Of a stretch of DNA of 64,000 nt, positions 1 through 13,750 are shown one piece after another. The stretch is taken from the NCBI RefSeq assembly GCF_020745735.1, contig NC_083425.1:43263575-43327574 (forward strand), written 5' to 3'. This stretch comes from Hemiscyllium ocellatum (taxonomy: Eukaryota). Within the stretch, counting starts at the first letter, position 1. Every line of letters begins with the position of its first letter. Under the pieces are notes generated by a model, which made no database searches, was not told where the DNA came from, and saw only the letters and a list, made by a program, of their open reading frames with translations. The translations under genes were made by a program, and so were the position numbers.

Positions 1-2038
1 AGGTTTCAATTTTGAGCTGAGAAATGTATTTGATATGCAGGGCTATATTGATAAATAAGTACCAGAATGCTCCTCATGTCGATTGGAAGATTGAGTCATC
101 TTTCACCTTGATTAGCTTTGAAAAATAAAGCAAGTGAAGGCATTGCAGACTAATAAGGTGTAGACCATTACCAGCGGTATCGTCAATATACATAAAGCTT
201 TATCACCAAAAATAAACAAGCTGTATTTGACAAAACATGTCCTCTCAGGGTAACAGACTCAAGGGATTTAGAAAGTGCTATCATGTTGTTCCTAGCTTTA
301 GAGTATTATGGTATTTTATTAAATCTTAGACATGAACAGTCTTTGTAGTGAGAAACTGCCAATGAGATAAATTTTAAAGCGAATATTTTGCCAGTCAACA
401 ACATCATGTCACCATTTGCATCATAAATAATTTGGCGATGCTAGCATTTTAAAAGACAGGCAGGAATGTCTGTTAGGTGAAATTCAGAACTGCAAGTCCT
501 TTAGTAGCTGAAAATATAGCCAACATTGATCAAGTCAGGGAAACATCTTCAGTTTTGCCATGACTTACGCTCTTTGAAGTATATGGCTAGCAGTGATTAA
601 ACCCATAGCACAATAAACGCTGTTTTCTATCAAAGAAGCATTGCATATTGTAAGGTGCAAGTGTTACCCTTCTGCAAATGGGGCAGTACCCATTTAATGT
701 CAAAAGATCTAATTAATTTTGCTATGTATGTTCCAGGGTCAGTTGAAGCGGAATTGCTTCTCTGTAGATTAATAATTGGTTATACAACAACAGGGGACTA
801 CCCAAATCTGCAAAAATAAAATGCTAGCTTGAATGACTGGCTTATAATTTTCTGAATTTTCAACAAAATGTAAATTGTAGCATATTCAAAACACAAAGTA
901 AAAACTGCATTCATATGTGAGTTTCAAACATAACATAAATGACTGAAGTTGTTAAAAACATTGGGAGTCTGATCAATGCACAGTGCCATTCATTCACAAT
1001 CTGGCAGTAACATGTGGGCAAGGGAAAAAGACCTTTGGATTATCATTCATCAGAAATTGCTGGACAATTTTCACCATATGTTGTAAAAATAGCATCTTGA
1101 GCCTAACTTCTTCGTGATTTTCAGGATGTTGCTGCATTTGCAAATTAATTTCCTGTTAAACTTACCACAGAAGTTTAAGATGAGTAATTAACTGTTGAAG
1201 TACTAATGACATGATAATTGTTGTTGACTGTCAATCAACTTCTCCAACTCAGAAAGAAGCAATTAAAAACTGTGGAGTCCTCATTCTTCATGCAGTGAAT
1301 TACTACTGTAGATTTTAAAAGTGTTGAATTTTTAAATTATCTACATGTTTAATTTTTCAATCTCTCATTTAACTCAAACTTTCTCCCTCTGCCTGGCTCT
1401 CTCGACATCATTTGATCTTGAATTTACCCCTCAAAGTTCTTGTAATTTTTTTTAATGTTGATCCCATTGCAAGGTTCTAGATGCTTTGTTGTTCTCTCAG
1501 GTCTGTTCTTAGCTTGCACCGCCAGCAACGTATAAGACAGTATATTTTTTAAATGAAGTGTGCAGGGAAGGATCTGATTAAATCTTTTCCTAATACTCAA
1601 GATACCTAACACCCACTTTATCAGCCAACAGATTTTCATAATGTTAAGGACATTGATTAATTAAGTGGTAGTCCAAATATATTTGTGCAGATCATGGGAT
1701 GTCCATCACATTCCCAGTGCTGAATTCATTGCATTTCATGCCTTCACCTGGATTTATTAAGTCTGGGAAATGAGCTTTCCTGCTGATTATTGTCTTTTTA
1801 TCTTTCCTGAGTTCAATATATGAAGAACAAAGCATTGGGACAATGAGAAGTTGGTCTTGCTGGACTTGCAAGACAATAGTTTAGATAAAAAAGTAATTAA
1901 TTTCCCCTCGCCAATTGCATCTTACTCTTCTCATGCAGATTTGTAGCATTTTCAATAGGTACAAAGGAAATAAAACACCTAGAGCTATAGCTCATTTTCT
2001 ACATCTTCTCTATCCATATTTGACAATTATATTGTAGG

Positions 2039-2257
2039 TGAAAATGTGTTGCTGGTTAAAGCACAGCAGGTCAGGCAGCATCCAAGGAACAGGAAATTCG
2101 ACGTTTCGGGCCAGAGCCCTTCATCAGGATGAAGGGCTCTGGCCCGAAATGTCGAATTTCCTGTTCCTTGGATGCTGCCTGACCTGCTGTGCTTTAACCA
2201 GCAACACATTTTCAGCTCTGATCTCCAGCATCTGCAGACCTCACTTTTTACTCGAAG
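2039..2257 (-). mobile_element. Fold-back mini Penelope-like element (family A pLTR, hammerhead-bearing)
   Basis: Inverted arms 2039-2125 / 2128-2214 with one CpG-type mismatch, then a ~43-nt extension. 14-bp direct repeat aattatattgtagg at 2025-2038 and 2258-2271. The arm matches the 3' end of the GIY-YIG PLE at 19463-19556. Confidence 0.9.
2096..2129 (-). ncRNA. Minimal type I hammerhead ribozyme core (family A)
   Basis: Minus strand reads CUGAUGA-A-GGGC UCUG GCCC-GAAA-C-GUC-gaau. Stem I is shortened by the fold-back junction. Confidence 0.7.
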
Positions 2258-2989
2258 AATTATATTGTAGGAGCTAGGTTCATTCCAAAGTTAATATACA
2301 AAGTTACTCAGATATAATTTAAGCAACAATTTAGTTAGTTTGATTATTTAATCTTCTTGATGAGCATTCTTGCTGCCATCACAGGTGCTTTTTCCAGTAT
2401 ACCAGCCAGTACATCTCCATTAAGCTAATTTCATGCTGCCATACAGGGTGTACAGAAGGCTGTTTAGCCTTGAAAAATAGGTGATGTGTAGTTGAGTCTC
2501 TATTTTATTGTTGCTCTGATGTTGCAACAGGCCATGCACAGATGGTTAAAAAAAAATCAAAACCCTTGTTCAGTACTTTTGTAGTGACTAATAAGTTGTT
2601 CTCTGTACAAGATATACAATACAATATACCTTCAATGTACATTCACCGGAATACACCTTAATCCAATGCATAATTGAAAAGTTTATTCAAGATTGAAATT
2701 AATTTACTTTGGATGCAAATTGTCAGTACAAATTCCTTCAACGTATGGTAACAGAAGTGGACTGCTAGTGTCCCGTCATTTTTAGGGCAGTTTTTTTTCT
2801 CAGTAAACTTTTGGGATTTTGCTCTCTATTACCAAATAGCTCAGTGACATTCACAGCCTATATTCATGTAGGAAGGATAGATTCCTGGGTGAGGAAAGCA
2901 GATGAGGGATTTGGGAAAAATAAGCATGGAAAATTTCTAAAATAAGCTGTGTTACTTCAGTTACAAAGGAAGGTTGGAAAAGATGAGAC

Positions 2990-3365
2990 CACTTTGCTTG
3001 AGGAAGATTGAAGGGAAATTTGATAATGATATTCAAAATTATGAGAGGCTGGACAGATTAGTTTAGTGAGAAACTGTTCCGATTGGTGAATGGATCAAGA
3101 GAAAAGGCTATCGAAGAAAGGTGATTGTCAGAAATATCAATGATAATATGAGGACAATATTTTTCACACAGCAAGTGATTAGGATCTAGCATTAGATTCC
3201 TGCAAATGTGTTGGAGGATCAATTAAGGCAAGCAAAAGAGGATTAGATTGCAAAGTCAAAAGGAAGAAAGAGAACACAGGGGAACAATGCTAGGTAACTC
3301 ATTTTGATATGAGAGCCAGTAGTGCTGAATGTCCTCTTTCAATGATTGTAATCATTCTGTGATTC
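2990..3365 (+). mobile_element. Old CR1 LINE 3' fragment
   Basis: Degenerate CR1 ORF2 C-terminus (ttcaaaattatgagagg, ttttcacacagcaagtgattaggatct) and an attct-type tail. Confidence 0.55.
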
Positions 3366-6100
3366 TTTTGAAAAAGAATAACTAAAATGCAAAATATATA
3401 GATTATTTCCCAAATTACATTTTACTGTATGGTTTGGAGAGGTTGATAATTAAGACATTTTCGTTTAAAATACAAAGGTAGCTGTGGCCACGTCTCACTT
3501 CCTGCACCATCCCTATCCAGGTGTGCCAACTATGTCTTAGAATCCAAGTTCTTTCCAACTTAACAAAATTAGTAAAAAAATTTCCAATTGCAAATACCTC
3601 AGAGAGACACTCAGTGTCTTTAATTTAAAAAGTAGTCTTCACCATTATTATTACATTGCAACATGTTTCACCAACTCAAATATAAAGGCTGGCAGTTTCT
3701 ATGACTCTAAGAAGGTTGCAGCAGTTTAAAGCACTGATGTCCCATTTTACAGTTCCATTCAAAAGCTGCAATAACAATTGTTCATGCAATTATGCACTGA
3801 TCCGCTTTTTAAAGTTGCGAATCAAGAAATTGTAAGATTTTATACACCTCACCGATCCTCTATAAAAAATAATCCATTCAATTCAACCATGTAGTGTCAT
3901 CCTCTTACCAGTGGTGTCCCTAATGTGCTATAATAGAATGTCTTTCAGAGGAAAGTACATTCAGCACAAAATTAAGCTGAACTTTCACAAGAAGAGTTAT
4001 TTTCTGACCTATATTGACCTAATAAATTATCTGAATGGAATTTGAAAAATTTCCTTTTCTTTCTTCACCTTGAAAGGATTTATCTGCCTTACCATAATTA
4101 CCTGAGAGGCTTCTGTGTGCAACCAAGGCCATACTCAAGATTGATATTTGAAAGATGTACTTTAGATTTATCTCCATAACTAGAGAACTTTATCTTTGAG
4201 CTGCTGTTAAAACAGTAAACCTTAAATCTGATTTCAGCTAGCATTTGAATTTCCTGCTCAATGTGTTCTTTTACTATACTCTTTCTGTCCACATCTCCTT
4301 TTACAAAGTATTACAATGTTGAGGTCCACTATAGATTCTGAATTCAGTTCTATTTGGTTCCTCCCTTAAATTGACTCATTTTTTTGCATTCTGCATTTGA
4401 TTTACACTGACCAATACCTGTCTGAATGGTAATGCAATGCAGAGTATGCAATATTGACATATTAACTAGATCATCATGACCTAAAAACTGGGACCTAAAA
4501 ATTGTTTTTCCATGTGTAAAACAAATGCAATACCAGTACTCTGTGCTCAAAAGATCCCTCAAAGATTGAGTTATACTGAGTGCATGGTCCATGATATAGC
4601 AACTTTTCTGAATTTCGGCTGATTTTTGCCCATACTTTGTGACTTTACATTCTCATGTTCTTTACCTGTTGTTACAATCCCCATGGACACTGAGAATATT
4701 TACGAAGAGATATAAATTCTTCAGCAATTGCCATATTAAGATTTTACATTTTATACAATTTTTCTGAAACAAACTCAAACAAAAATGAACATAAGCAGAA
4801 TGTTACTTAGCAGGAACTAATCAGTAAAAGTATTGCCCATTAATTTCATAACACAACCAAAAACCAAAAGCATCCCAAGATTCTTCTGGCTTTAACAGGA
4901 TCTAGTCTCAGACCTGCAAAGGCAAATCTTTCCGGATGCTTTTAAATAAAATATCTTCAATCGATCTACTGGGCATACCTCTGGGGACTTTTTGGTCTTC
5001 AACTCTTCACAAGCCTCATTTCTTTAAATCCATCCTCATTAGCATTCTGATGATGCTTCTTCCAGAATCAGTCCTTTTCTTCTGTTCAGCATTGAAGCAT
5101 CTCAAATCCCTCAGTCTGACTACCTCTCAAGGTCTGAATCGACATTTAGCAAGGCCAGTTGCCTCTTCCATCATGTCAAGACAGTACAAATTACACCTTA
5201 TATTTAATAAATTTTAATTTAAGTTTCTGTCTCTATAACAAGCAGATCACATGGTCTTGTCTCCAACAGATTTATTTTGAGGTTACATGAGCTAGTCAGG
5301 AAGGTGTTTTAATCATAGTTCCTTTTACAAACTATTCCATTTTACCTTGAATTAAAGGAGACCATTTATAAAGTCCCACATTTGTAATGTGTGTTTACAC
5401 ACATGACATCCATTTATTAACTCATTTTTTATTCTATCCAATTTCTTTCAGTTTCCTTGCTCTTCGGTGTACCTTCTAAAGAAATAATGCATGTGATTTC
5501 TGTCCATTTTTCTTGATCATAAAAATGAATGTAATGAACATAACAATACAGTGCAGAACAGGCCATTTGGCCCTCAGCCCAGAAAGTCGCTAGTACGTAA
5601 TTATGGTGCACTTCAATTGTGACCAATATGTAATGGGCTGTTTTTCCATTTAAAACTATTATTAACTGACAGCTCTTTCATCTATTTTAATCCACATTCT
5701 CTTCCTCCCCACATGAAACCAGATTTCGTAATACAAATCCCTATGTAGCACTTTATGAAAACCCTCTTGGAAATTTGAGTAGATGACCTCTCTCAAGTCT
5801 GCTACTTCATAATTCTAATTACATCTTCAATAAATTGGATCAGTATTGTCAAACATGACCTGTGCTTTTGGAAGCCATATTAACCACTCTCTCTAATTAA
5901 GTGCTCACATGGGACTTCTCTTAAGGTGGCTTTCATTAACTTCCCAAAATTGATATATAGATCACTGGATTGATTGACTTTGTTCCTTTTGCATAATGGG
6001 ATGGGTGTTGAATGTACTTCTTTCCAAACGGTTTGCACTGCAACAGTTCTCAACAGGTTTTACTTAGGGTATACCAGACATCTGTAATTTCTTTCAGCAA

Positions 6101-6387
6101 GGGCGGCAGGGTGGCACAGTGGTTAGCACTGTTGCCTCACAGCGCCAGGAACCTGGGTTCAATTCCCGCCTCAGGCGACTGACTGTGTGGAGTTTGCACG
6201 TTCTCCCCGTGTCCGCGTGGGTTTCCTCCCACAGTCCAAAGATGTGTGGGTCAGGTGAATTGGCCATGCTAAATTACCCGTAGTGTTAGGTAAGGGGTAA
6301 ATGTAGGGGTATGGGTGGGTGGCGGGTCGGTGTGGACTTGTTGGGCAGAAGGGCCTGTTTCCACACTGTAAGTAATCTAATCTAATC
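6101..6387 (+). mobile_element. HE1-like tRNA-derived SINE (V-SINE)
   Basis: A box tggcacagtgg, B box ggttcaattcc, V-domain gtgtggagtttgcacgttctccccgtg, (taatc)n tail. Confidence 0.9.
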
Positions 6388-7659
6388 AGGGATAAATTAA
6401 TTCAGGCGCTACTTCTTATCACATATTGACCCCTGTAATAAATTGAATACCAATTCTCTTGTTACATACGTGATACTGATTTGGAGTTTTGCTCAATCCG
6501 CTCGGCAAGGAGTTGGTGGGTGTGAGTGAGTGGGTGGGGGAGAAGGGTTGGTGTCAAGCATACATGTAATGATTAAAATAAAGTGGAGGTCAAATATCTG
6601 TTCAACCCTCCTAATTCAGGTCTTCATCAACACTTTTATCTCTTCCATGTAAACCAGTTATTGTTATATTAGTTCTTCAATTGATCTTTTCATCGGCACT
6701 GCCTGTTGTTCACTATTCTCCTCTCTCGTTCATTTTAATTTTTCAATTCAATGCTAACTGTTTCATGAAACTTGCCCAATCTTAATTCTGTCCATTCGTT
6801 CTAAAGATCTCTTCAAACTCCAGTTGCTGCATTATCACACTCATTAACCAGTGCCCCCTCATCATTCATTTATTTCCACTTTGCAAGGATATATAAGACT
6901 TGTTAGATCATTTTTATAAGGCATTTGTTTTTTTCTTAATGCTGCACTGATCTGCACCAGATAATTTTCCTAGTTAACTGATGTTCAAATGAGAAGTATG
7001 TTTGTAGAGAAAGAAATTAGTAGTTGTTAAAAACAATGCAGAGGGAGCACTTAGTGAAATTTTTACATATCATGGCATTGCAGCTTTTAGACTTGTTTCT
7101 GCAGTCTCATTTTGAAAAGCATGCGCATTTAAACTGTATTTACAGCTGCAGATTTTTTGGGCTTTATAAATGATTCGATGCAAAGTGCAATTAAACAAGC
7201 CGTATGTCTCAATTAATAGCGCTGGCAGTAGAATCACAAACGATCTTCTAAATATCTAACCAAAACCTTCTGCAAAACTGTTATTTGACATTGAGTAATG
7301 CATGCAATACCCTAACAGATCCATTATTTGGAAGTGTGAAGAATGATTGTCTATGAAGGAAAAATAATTTATATTTGCATAGTATCTCATGCCTCCCACC
7401 ACACCTCAAAGGATTTCACAGATGGTGGAGAATGTTAAATTGCAATTACTGCAACTATGTTGGCAAGGGCATCATGCAACCTGCACACAAGATTCCACAG
7501 GAAGAATGAGATAAATAACCAGTTAATCTGTTTGGAGCTATCAGGTTGAGAAGGGAACATTGGACCATTTATTTGGAGGAATTCCACTGCCCCACCCCCA
7601 CCAGCTCATATCAGCACCCACGTCCCCAACCCTGTTAACCCTCCTCAATGTATGAATAG

Positions 7660-8870
7660 TTCTACTGTCCAATCCGTCAATGCCGACTAAATATCGTAAA
7701 CTGATCTAGTCCTACTTGCCAGCTTTGACCCATATCCCCTGAAACCGTACCTATTCATGTACCCATCCAAAAGGATTTTAAACGTTGTAATTCTACCCAC
7801 TCCACCACTTTCTTTGGCAGCTTGTTCCATTCACACACCACCATCTGCATGAAAACGTCCCTCAGGTCCCTTTTCAATGTTTCTCCTCTTACCTTAAACT
7901 TATGTCTTCTAGTTTTGGACTCTCCTATTCACCCTATTCATGTCCCTCATGATTTTATAAACCTCTATAAAGGTTACCTCACAGCCTCTGAAACCCCAGT
8001 TTATTCAGCCTCTCCCTATAACTCAAACCCTCCAACCCTGGCAACATCCTTATAAAATTTGTCTGAACCCTTTCAAGTTTAGCAAAATCTTTCCTATAGC
8101 AGAGGGATTGAAATAGAACATAGTATTCTAAAAGTTGTCTAACCAATGTCCTGTATAGCTGCAACATGACATCCCACTTCCTATACTCAATGCACTGACT
8201 AATAAAGGCAAGTGTACCGAACACCTTCTTCACTATCCTGTCTATCTGCGACTCTGCTTTTAAGGAACTATGTACCTGAACCCCTAAATCCATTTGTTCA
8301 GCAAAACTCCCTCGGAACCTACCATTAACCGTGTAAGTCCTGCCCTGATTTGCCTTACCAAAATGCAACACCTCACATTTATCGAAATTAATCTCCATCT
8401 GCCAGTCCTCAGCTTATTGTCCTATCTGATCAAGGTCTCATTGTACTTTGAGATAACCTTCTTTGCTGTCGACTACATAATCAATTGTGGTGTCATCTGC
8501 AAACACATTAACCATGTCTCCTATATTCACATCCAAATCATGTATATAAATGATGAAAAACACAGGATTAAACACCAATCCTTATGACACACCATTACTC
8601 ACAAGCCTCCAGTCCAAAAATACAACCCTACTCCACCACCCTCTAACTCCACCACCCTCTATCTCCAGCTTCAGGCGAATTTTGTATCCAAATAGCTAGC
8701 TCCCCCTGTACTCCTTGTGATCCAACTCTAACCATTCTACCATGCGGAACCTCGTCGAACACTCTGCTGAATTCCATATAAACAATGTCTACTGCTCTGC
8801 CTTCATCAATCTTCTTTGTCTCTTCTTCAAAAAACTCAACCTAGTTATTGAAATATGATTTCCCATGCAC
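7660..8870 (-). mobile_element. CR1 (HER1-like) LINE, 5'-truncated RT/3' end
   Basis: ORF 7979-8398 reads FDKCEVLHFG...LYRTLVRQLLEY...LERVQ...LSYRERL, the CR1 ORF2 C-terminus. Confidence 0.85.
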
Positions 8871-10389
8871 AACTCCACAATGCTGGAAGTTGAACAGTTG
8901 CAGCTCATTCATTGTAAACTGCAGGCCTAGCACAAAGTCCAAGCAGAAGCATGCTACAACCACCTACTGTTTACAGAGGAGGAGTTTAAAGTAGAAGAAA
9001 ATGAAGTGTTGTCACAAGCAGAAACTTGTCAATAAATCATTTAGAATCAAAAATAAATCCATATCATTCCTTGTTACAGACTTGGGCTTAGTGCACAAGA
9101 CTGCCAGTATCAAAGTTCTCTCTTCATCAGAGTATATTTATCCATTGCATAGTTTGTGCAAACAAGGCGAAAGGAATCTGTACCTTGAAGGACTAAAATC
9201 TGAAGTCTGACAGACAGTACCCTAGCACTGCTCCTCTGCCTTGAATAGTATACAGTGTAAAAGATTCAAACTCACACTCCTTCCTAAGGCTATGTGGCAT
9301 TAGTTATAAAAGAAGGGATAAAACAGAATTTAAAATGGCAAGTAGTAGTTGGGTACAATCTCTATCCCAAGCACTAAGTGAAACGCTCACTTCCAGCTAG
9401 CTTCCAGAAATATGATTCTCCAAAGCTACCTGCAACAATCCAACTTTATTTGACAATCCTGTCTAATTGGACCTGGAGAAAGGAATACTCATAAACATGT
9501 AGTTCTTAAGAGGAAGCTACACTTTAAGCTTAGAGCAATATTGCCATTTAAAAATGACAGTGGCAAATGAAAGCTACAAATTACGTTTTTGTTTATAATA
9601 AATAGTTTATACACCTGTGGACAGGGTCAGTTAACTCAGCTGGCTACATATTTAAAACTGATAGCTCAGGGAAATATTGGTAGTGAAGGTTCAACTGCTG
9701 TTCCAGCTAAGGTAGTCATCGTTCCTGCCTCTTCATCCTGACCATGCTTGAAGTAGAGTGGTGCCTCTCCAGCTGTATAACCAATTGTCTCTCTAAAACA
9801 ACAAGAGAAAGGCTGAAGATTTTTCCTAATTATCTGCCTATCTTTTGTAGAGAGGTTACAGTCAAGAATATATGTGTGATGAGCATAATATAGAAATACA
9901 AACATGAATCTATAGGTTTCACACCATTTGACGGTTGACATGGTAGACGACTACATGAAGTGGATACAAGCAATCTTATCCCTTTGACACCACTCCGCAG
10001 AGATGGCAGTGTGTCATGCCAGTCATATCTAGCTTGAATTCTATTCATCTGGGAAAAAGTACAAAGGGCTGTTAAGTCCCCTAATGACAGGAACAACTTA
10101 TCCAATCCCTGATTAACTCAGAGGGCAGAGGGAATGATGCAAGATTCCAACCTGGTTGTGTCAGGATGTCAATTAATCTCTGAGTCAATTGATGCCCAAT
10201 ATCCCTGAACTCACCGCAATTTACTGGTGATTTAGTAATTAGATTGCAGCTGTGGAGATTACCTGTGCCCTCAGAGGGTACCTGCCAGAAAATGTTGGGT
10301 TTGCCAGCAGACATACAGGAGACGAGTATTGTGCCAAATTGAGGGATCTGCTGGAAGCCACCACCTTGGCCTCCTCCCTCATTTAACAC

Positions 10390-10615
10390 AAGTCAGTGAG
10401 GTCTGTAGATGCTGGAGATCAGACTTGACAGTGTGTTGCTGGAAAAGCAGAGCTGGTCAGGAGGCATCCGAGGAGCAGGAAAATCGACGTTTCGGGCCAA
10501 GTTCTTCATCAGGAACTTGATCAATCCTGATGAAGGGCGTCGGCCCGAATCGTCAATTTTCCTGCTCCTCAGATGCCGCCTGACCTCCTGTGCTTTTCCA
10601 GCAACACACTCTCAA
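10390..10615 (+). mobile_element. Older fold-back mini-PLE (family A variant)
   Basis: Inverted arms ~10425-10514 / 10525-10615 around the loop acttgatcaa, with an extension on the left arm. HHR remnant ctgatgaagggcgtcggcccgaatcgtc. Confidence 0.8.
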
Positions 10616-11229
10616 CACTGACACGCTTATCGCTCAACCATGGTCTGAGGTTCCGTTGTGATCCCTTTTGGAAGTTGTGCCACCACAACACCTCTGACAC
10701 TGGAGGCAACAGTGACCTGCTGGCTTTCTGTTGGCTTGCAGGTTTAGCAGATATTGATCTCAATTATCGCAGGAATTCCCAGGAACGATCAACTCAGTCT
10801 CTGAAGGACACTTGATTCAATTATGGTCGGATTCCATTAGACCTTCCCCACAAAACCAAAAGGAGTTCTCTGAGCAATGGATGACACCCTGTCAACCCAA
10901 CAGAATCCTGGCCCAGATAAGTTTTAATAAGTATAAAGAAATTAGCACAATAAAATTTCCTAACCGTCTTAAATGACAGGCAGCCCCAGAATACATGCCA
11001 CAAACTGTAACTGCTTGACTTTGCTAAGTGCACATGCAGGCTATATAGCTTTTTCATCCAATTATATCTATTGTCAGTAAGGCACTCAAGTTGCAACTTA
11101 CAAGTGAATGTCTTCCACATTAGCATCTCCAGAGGCTTGACATAAGAACAGGAGTAGGCCATTCAGCCCTTTGAGTTTATTCAATTAATTCATGGCTTAT
11201 CTGTCTCTTGCAATTCTTTATGTACAAAG

Positions 11230-11690
11230 ATTTTAGGAAGGTTGTATTCATCAGTTGCAGACCCACTGATTGTTAATCAGGCCTATCTGGGATTGACAGA
11301 TTCTTCCACACTGACTGCAAGTGAAGGTATAGTTGCTGCTGGGAACAGCTGGATCTGTCCTTCTCCTTTTCTATTTCATGCTCAGTCTCAAAGTTGTCTG
11401 TAGTACTCCTAATATAGCACCTATAGAGATCACAATCTAAGGACTGCTGTTTCTACTGTCAGTTTCAATGTAGCATACAGATGGGAATGTTTTTGGGGAG
11501 TCCCTGAAATATTTGTATGGGCCCCGTGTTTTCTGCTTCCCAATGGTCAGGTGTCCACATAACATAATCTCGGTCAGGTGAATGTCAATGTGGTTCACCC
11601 ACCGCAGATGACTTTGCAGGAATCTGACCTTAATTCTGGTGATGTTGGCTGTTCCCTTGCAGTTTCATCCAAACCAATTGGCAACCCCCT
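11230..11690 (-). mobile_element. RTE/BovB-like LINE 3' fragment
   Basis: Minus strand near 11260-11315 translates QCGRICQSQIGLINNQ, resembling the RTE C-terminal CGR.C.SRIGL.SH motif. Confidence 0.55.
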
Positions 11691-11749
11691 TATGTCCAAG
11701 TCTCACAACAATGCACCAAACAAGCTCTTTTTAAGTTGTGAAAATTGAA

Positions 11750-12190
11750 ACAATCCTCTGGTTGAAGAAGATTTAAGGTGGGAATACACAGGAGAAGCAG
11801 GAACTTAGAAAGGCTGAATGAATTAAATGAAGAATTTGGAAATGAAGTAAAGAAAGCTTGAGTTGGAAAAGACATAGATATCACCAAGGTGAATGAGCAA
11901 TGGAAACAGATTAAAGAATCTGTCAAGGAATGAGAGAGAAATAGGATAGGGCTTTGGACAGCAAAGAAATTAGGAAATCGCAGGTTATGACTAAAACAAA
12001 TGATGAAAGAAAGAGGTGGAAGATGCTAGTACTGAAGAAGACAAAGCTGAAATAGAGACACTTAAATAATAAGAAGAGAAACATAAAAGACACATGAAAT
12101 CAGTTAGAAGAGCAGTCAAAAAATGACATTAACCAGAAAGTGTAGAACTCATGAATGAAAAAGCAAAGGAGATTAAAGAGAATCCTGAAC
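11750..12190 (+). mobile_element. RTE-like LINE fragment (EN-RT linker)
   Basis: Purine-rich and degenerate. QWKQIKESVK and ERKRWK resemble RTE linker motifs. Confidence 0.4.
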
Positions 12191-12279
12191 TAGGACTAGC
12201 AAGTCCCTTTGTACTTCAGATTTCTGAAGCCTTTCCCCATAAAGAAAATAGTCTACTTCTTTATTCTTCTTCCCAAAAC

Positions 12280-13750
12280 CTTTTCTTTCATTTTCCTACA
12301 TTTTATTTCATCTGCCATTTCTTTGCCTACTCTTTAGCCTTTCCAAATCTTTCTATAGCCTCCCCACTTCCTCAACACTACTTATCTTTTTATCTAACTT
12401 TGTGTCATCTGAAAACTTAGTAACAGTGCCCTCACTTCCTTCATCCAGGTTGCTAATGTATAATGTGAAACAGTTGTAGTCCCAATACTGACCCCAACAG
12501 AACCCCAATAGTCATCAGCAGCCATTCTGAAAAAGACCCCTTTATCCCAGTTCTCTCCCTTTTAGCAGTCAGCCAATCCACTATCCATGCCAGTACCTTG
12601 CCGCTAACAGCACGGAGGCTTATCTTATTTAGACCATTAAACCATAAGACCATAAAACTTAGGAGCATAAATTAGGCCATTCAGCCATCGTTCAGTATTC
12701 TATAAGTTTCAATTGGATCACCCCCTCATTCTTCTAAATTCCATCAAGTATAGACACAGAGTCCTTAAACATTCCTCATACATTAAGTCTCTCATTCCTG
12801 GTATCATTCTCACAAACTTTCTCTGGACTCACTGCAGGGCCAGTACATCCTTCCTAAGGTATGGGGGGACCCAAAATTGCTCACAATATTCTCAATGTGG
12901 TTTGGCCAGAGTCTTCTAGAACCTCAGAAGTGTACTCCTGCTTTTATATTCTGGTCCTCTTGAAACAAATGCCAACATTGTATTTGTCTTCCTAACTACT
13001 AACTCAACCTATAAGTTGACCTTAAGAGAAACCTGGACTCTGACTCCCTAGTTCCTTTGCATTTCAGATTTCTGAACTTTCTCCCCATTTAAAAAATAGT
13101 CTCTGTCTCACTTCTTCCTACTAAAGTGCATGACCTCAAACTTTCCTAAATTGTGTTCCATCTGTCTCTTCTGTGCCCATTTCCTAATCTATCTAAATCT
13201 TTCTGCAGCCTCCCCACTTCAGCATTACTACCTATCCCTCCACATAAATTTGTACCATCTGCAAACTTAGCTAGAGTGCCCTCAGTTCTTTCATCTACAT
13301 TGTTAATGTATAAAGTGAAAAGTTGTGGTCCTAACACTGACCCTTGAGGAACACCAATAGTCATTGACTGTCATCATGAGAATGATGCCTTTATCCCCAC
13401 TCTCTGCTTTCTGCCAGACTACCAGGCTTCTTATCCATGCTCGTACCTTGCCTGTAACACCATGGGCCCTTATCTCAGCCTCCCGTGCAGCACTTTGTTG
13501 AAGGCTTTCTTGATGTCCAAGTTGATAACATTCATTGACTCTTCTTGGTCTAACTTGTTCATTACCTCCTCAAAGAATTCTAATAGATTTGTCAGGCATG
13601 ACTCCCCTTGATGAAACCATGCTGACTTTGCTTTATTTAGCAGCCTTCTGTGTGACAACTTGTGAAAGGCCTTCTGTAAATCCAAACAGGTCACATCTGC
13701 TGGCTCTCCTTTATCTAATTTGCTCATTACCTCCTCAAAGAACTACAATA
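12280..13750 (-). mobile_element. Cluster of CR1 RT fragments
   Basis: GVPQGSVLGPQLFTLYIN...KFADGT (13146-13364), a second copy of the same motif (12453-12668), SCLTNLLEFFEEV and DIKKAFNKV. Confidence 0.85.

Noticed and set aside
2027-2277. Two near-identical ORFs on opposite strands (MCCWLKHSRSG...), with similar peptides at 10409 and 32641
   Set aside because: These are by-products of the palindromic PLE arms, with no evidence of coding function.
3850-4800. Possible decayed hAT transposase on the - strand (AECTF and HALS-like remnants)
   Set aside because: The motifs are too degenerate to support by eye and no TIRs were found. It needs a translated HMM search.
6101-6175. tRNA genes at SINE heads
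   Set aside because: The A/B boxes run into SINE bodies and there is no full cloverleaf.
7000-7330. Repeat-free stretches that look like conserved non-coding elements (also ~37860-38350 and ~53000-54300)
   Set aside because: Conservation cannot be judged from a single sequence.
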